Source: Takakia lepidozioides (Eukaryota > Plantae > Bryophyta). From it: a DNA stretch of 56,942 nucleotides. Each line of letters begins with the position of its first letter. Position 1 is the stretch's first letter. The notes beneath the pieces were generated by a model, which was not told the origin of the DNA, searched no databases, and saw nothing but the letters and a program-made list of their open reading frames with translations. The DNA is taken from NCBI GenBank assembly GCA_030704615.1, contig JAKLZA010000373.1, positions 1 through 56,942 of the forward strand, in the 5' to 3' direction. The translations under genes and the position numbers were made by a program. Below are positions 54,899-56,942 of this stretch, piece after piece.

Positions 54899-56942
54899 TC
54901 TCAATATGAAGTCAATCAAAATTGATTGAAAGGGTGAACCCATCGTTCGATGTTCAAATGAATTTTTGATTGCTTTCAATCTTTGCGAGTGTGTTGGACA
55001 TACCTTGTCACATGCTCCTCTACATGAAGTCAATCAAAATTGATTGAAAGGGTGAACCCATCGTTCGATGTTCAAATGAATTTTTGATTGCTTTCAAACA
55101 TTGCGAGTGTGTTGGACATACCTTGTCAGAGGTCCTGTCGAGTATGAGTCAATCAAATTGATTCAAAGGGTGAACCCATCGTTCGATGTTCAAATGAATT
55201 TTTGATTGCTTTCAATCTTTGCGAGTGTGTTGGACATACCTTGTCACATGCTCCTCTCAAGTATGAAGTCAATCAAAATTGATTGAAAGGTGAACCCATC
55301 GTTCGATGTTCAAATGAATTTTTGATTGCTTTCAAACTTTGCGAGTGTGTTGGACATACCTTTCACATGCTCCTCTCAAGTATGAAGTCAATCAAATTGA
55401 TTGAAAGGGTGAACCCATCGTTCGATGTTCAAATGATTTTTGATTGCTTTCAAACATTGCGAGTGTGTTGGACATACCTTGTCAGAGGTACTTGTCAAGT
55501 ATCAAGTCAATCGAAATTGATTCAAAGGGTGAACCCATCGTTCGATGTTCAAATGAATTTTTGATTGCTTTCAACATTGCGAGTGTGTTGGACTACCTTG
55601 TCACATGCTCCTCTCAAGTATGAGTCAATCAAAATTGATTGAAAGGGTGAACCCATCGTTCGATGTTCAATGAATTTTTGATTGCTTTCAATCATTGCGA
55701 GTGTGTTGGGACATACCTTGTCACATACGTGTCGAGTATCAGTCAATCGAAATTGATTCAAAGGGTGAACCCATCGTTCGATGTTCAAATGAATTTTTGA
55801 TTGCTTTCAATCTTTGCGAGTGTGTTGGACATACCTTGTCACATGCTCCTCTCAAGTATGAATCAATCAAAATTGATTGAAGGGTGAACCCATCGTTCGA
55901 TGTTCAAATGATCTTTTGATTGCTTTCCAAACATTGCGAGTGTGTTGGACATACCTTGTCAGGTACGTGTCGAGTATCAGGTCAATCGAAATTGATTCAA
56001 AGGTTGAACCCATCGTTCGATGTTCAAATGAATTTTTGATTGCTTTCAATCTTTGCGAGTGTGTTGGACATACCTTGTCACATGCTCCTCTCAAGTATGA
56101 GTCAATCAAATTGATTCAAAGGGTGAACCCATCGTTCGATGTTCAAATGATTTTTGATTGCTTCAATCTTCGAGTGTGTTGGACATACCTTGTCACATGC
56201 TCCTCTCAAGTATGAAGTCAATCAAATTGATTGAAAGGGTGAACCCATCGTTCGATGTTCAAATGATCTTTGATTGCTTTCAAACATTGCGAGTGTGTTG
56301 GACTACCTTGTCAGAGGTACGTGTCAAGTATCAGTCAATCGAAATGGATTCAAAGGGTGAACCCATCGTTCGATGTTCAAATGAATTTTTGATTGCTTTC
56401 AATCTTTGCGAGTGTGTTGGACATACCTTGTCACATGCTCCTCTCAAGTATGAAGTCAATCAAATTGATTGAAAGGGTGAACCCATCGTTCGATGTTCAA
56501 ATGATTTTTGATTGCTTTCAAACATTGCGAGTGTGTTGGACATACCTTGTCACATGCTCCTCTCAGTATCAAGTCAATCAAAATTGATTGAAAGGGTGAA
56601 CCCATCGTTCGATGTTCAAAGATCTTTGATTGCTTTCAAACATTGCGAGTGTGTTGACATACCTTGTCAGAGGTACGTGTCGAGTATCAGTCAATCGAAA
56701 TTGATTCAAAGGGTGAACCCATCGTTCGATGTTCAAATGAATTTTGATTGCTTTCAATCTTGCGATGTTGGTTGGACATACCTTGTCCACATGCTCCTCT
56801 CAGTATGAAGTCAATCAAAATTGATTGAAAGGGTGACCCCATCGTTCGATGTTGAAATGAATTTTTGATTGCTTTCAAACATTGCGAGTGTGTTGGACAT
56901 ACCTTGTCAGAGGTACGTGTCGAGTATCAGGTCAATCAAATT

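Larger units (their letters stand above)
1..56942. repeat. Tandem satellite-type array of ~120/121-bp monomers (~470-475 copies), single orientation, both boundaries outside the window
   Basis: The blocks AAAGGGTGAACCCATCGTTCGATGTTCAAATGA (33 bp) and TTGCGAGTGTGTTGGACATACCTTGTCA (28 bp) recur every 120-121 bp throughout. Identical ORF-track peptides recur at 241/361-bp spacing. The only clear interruption is ~75 bp at ~54825-54898. Confidence 0.99.

Noticed and set aside
1114-56878. Hundreds of 60-139 aa ORFs (MLSNIASV..., MIERVNPS..., MTSYLRGA...)
   Set aside because: All are translations of the repeat in several frames and both strands, mostly with TTG starts. Their lengths depend on single-base indels, and they show no recognisable full domain.
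1-56942. CRISPR array (ATTGAAAG / CTTTCAAT resembles the 3' end of many type I/III repeats; 28-33-bp constant blocks)
   Set aside because: The intervening sequences are not unique spacers but two alignable alleles of the same sequence. The period is 120 bp, and there is no leader or cas gene in the window.
1-56942. Rolling-circle/MDA concatemer of one small circle
   Set aside because: A single template would give one fixed period, whereas 8-, 10- and 19-mer units with slot-specific SNPs are interleaved and there are no strand inversions. This is not fully excluded without raw reads.

Overview
The whole 56.9-kb window is one head-to-tail tandem array (satellite-type DNA) of a ~120-bp monomer, about 470-475 copies, all in one orientation and running off both window ends. 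I found no credible protein-coding gene, RNA gene, CRISPR array or transposon; every ORF in the track is a translation of the repeat. Two main monomer types occur. Type A is 120 bp, ~38% GC, with head CATGCTCCTCTCAAGTATGAAGTCAATCAAAATTGATTGAAAG. Type B is 121 bp, with head GAGGTACGTGTCGAGTATCAGGTCAATCGAAATTGATTCAAAG. They differ at about 15 positions and share two invariant blocks. They are arranged as AB (241 bp) and AAB (361 bp) units, which build higher-order repeats: a 10-mer of ~1202 bp, an 8-mer of ~963 bp and a tandemly duplicated 19-mer of 2289 bp. This hierarchy resembles eukaryotic centromeric or heterochromatic satellites (inference); I do not recognise the family or the organism. 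The monomer is rich in short dyads and strongly TpA-depleted, with no TAA or TAG on either strand of the consensus. Much of the single-base variation looks like long-read consensus error, because deletions fall on the A/B-diagnostic columns and increase away from a clean core at ~16-31.7 kb. I cannot support a novel gene system from this sequence; the real structure of interest is the repeat architecture.
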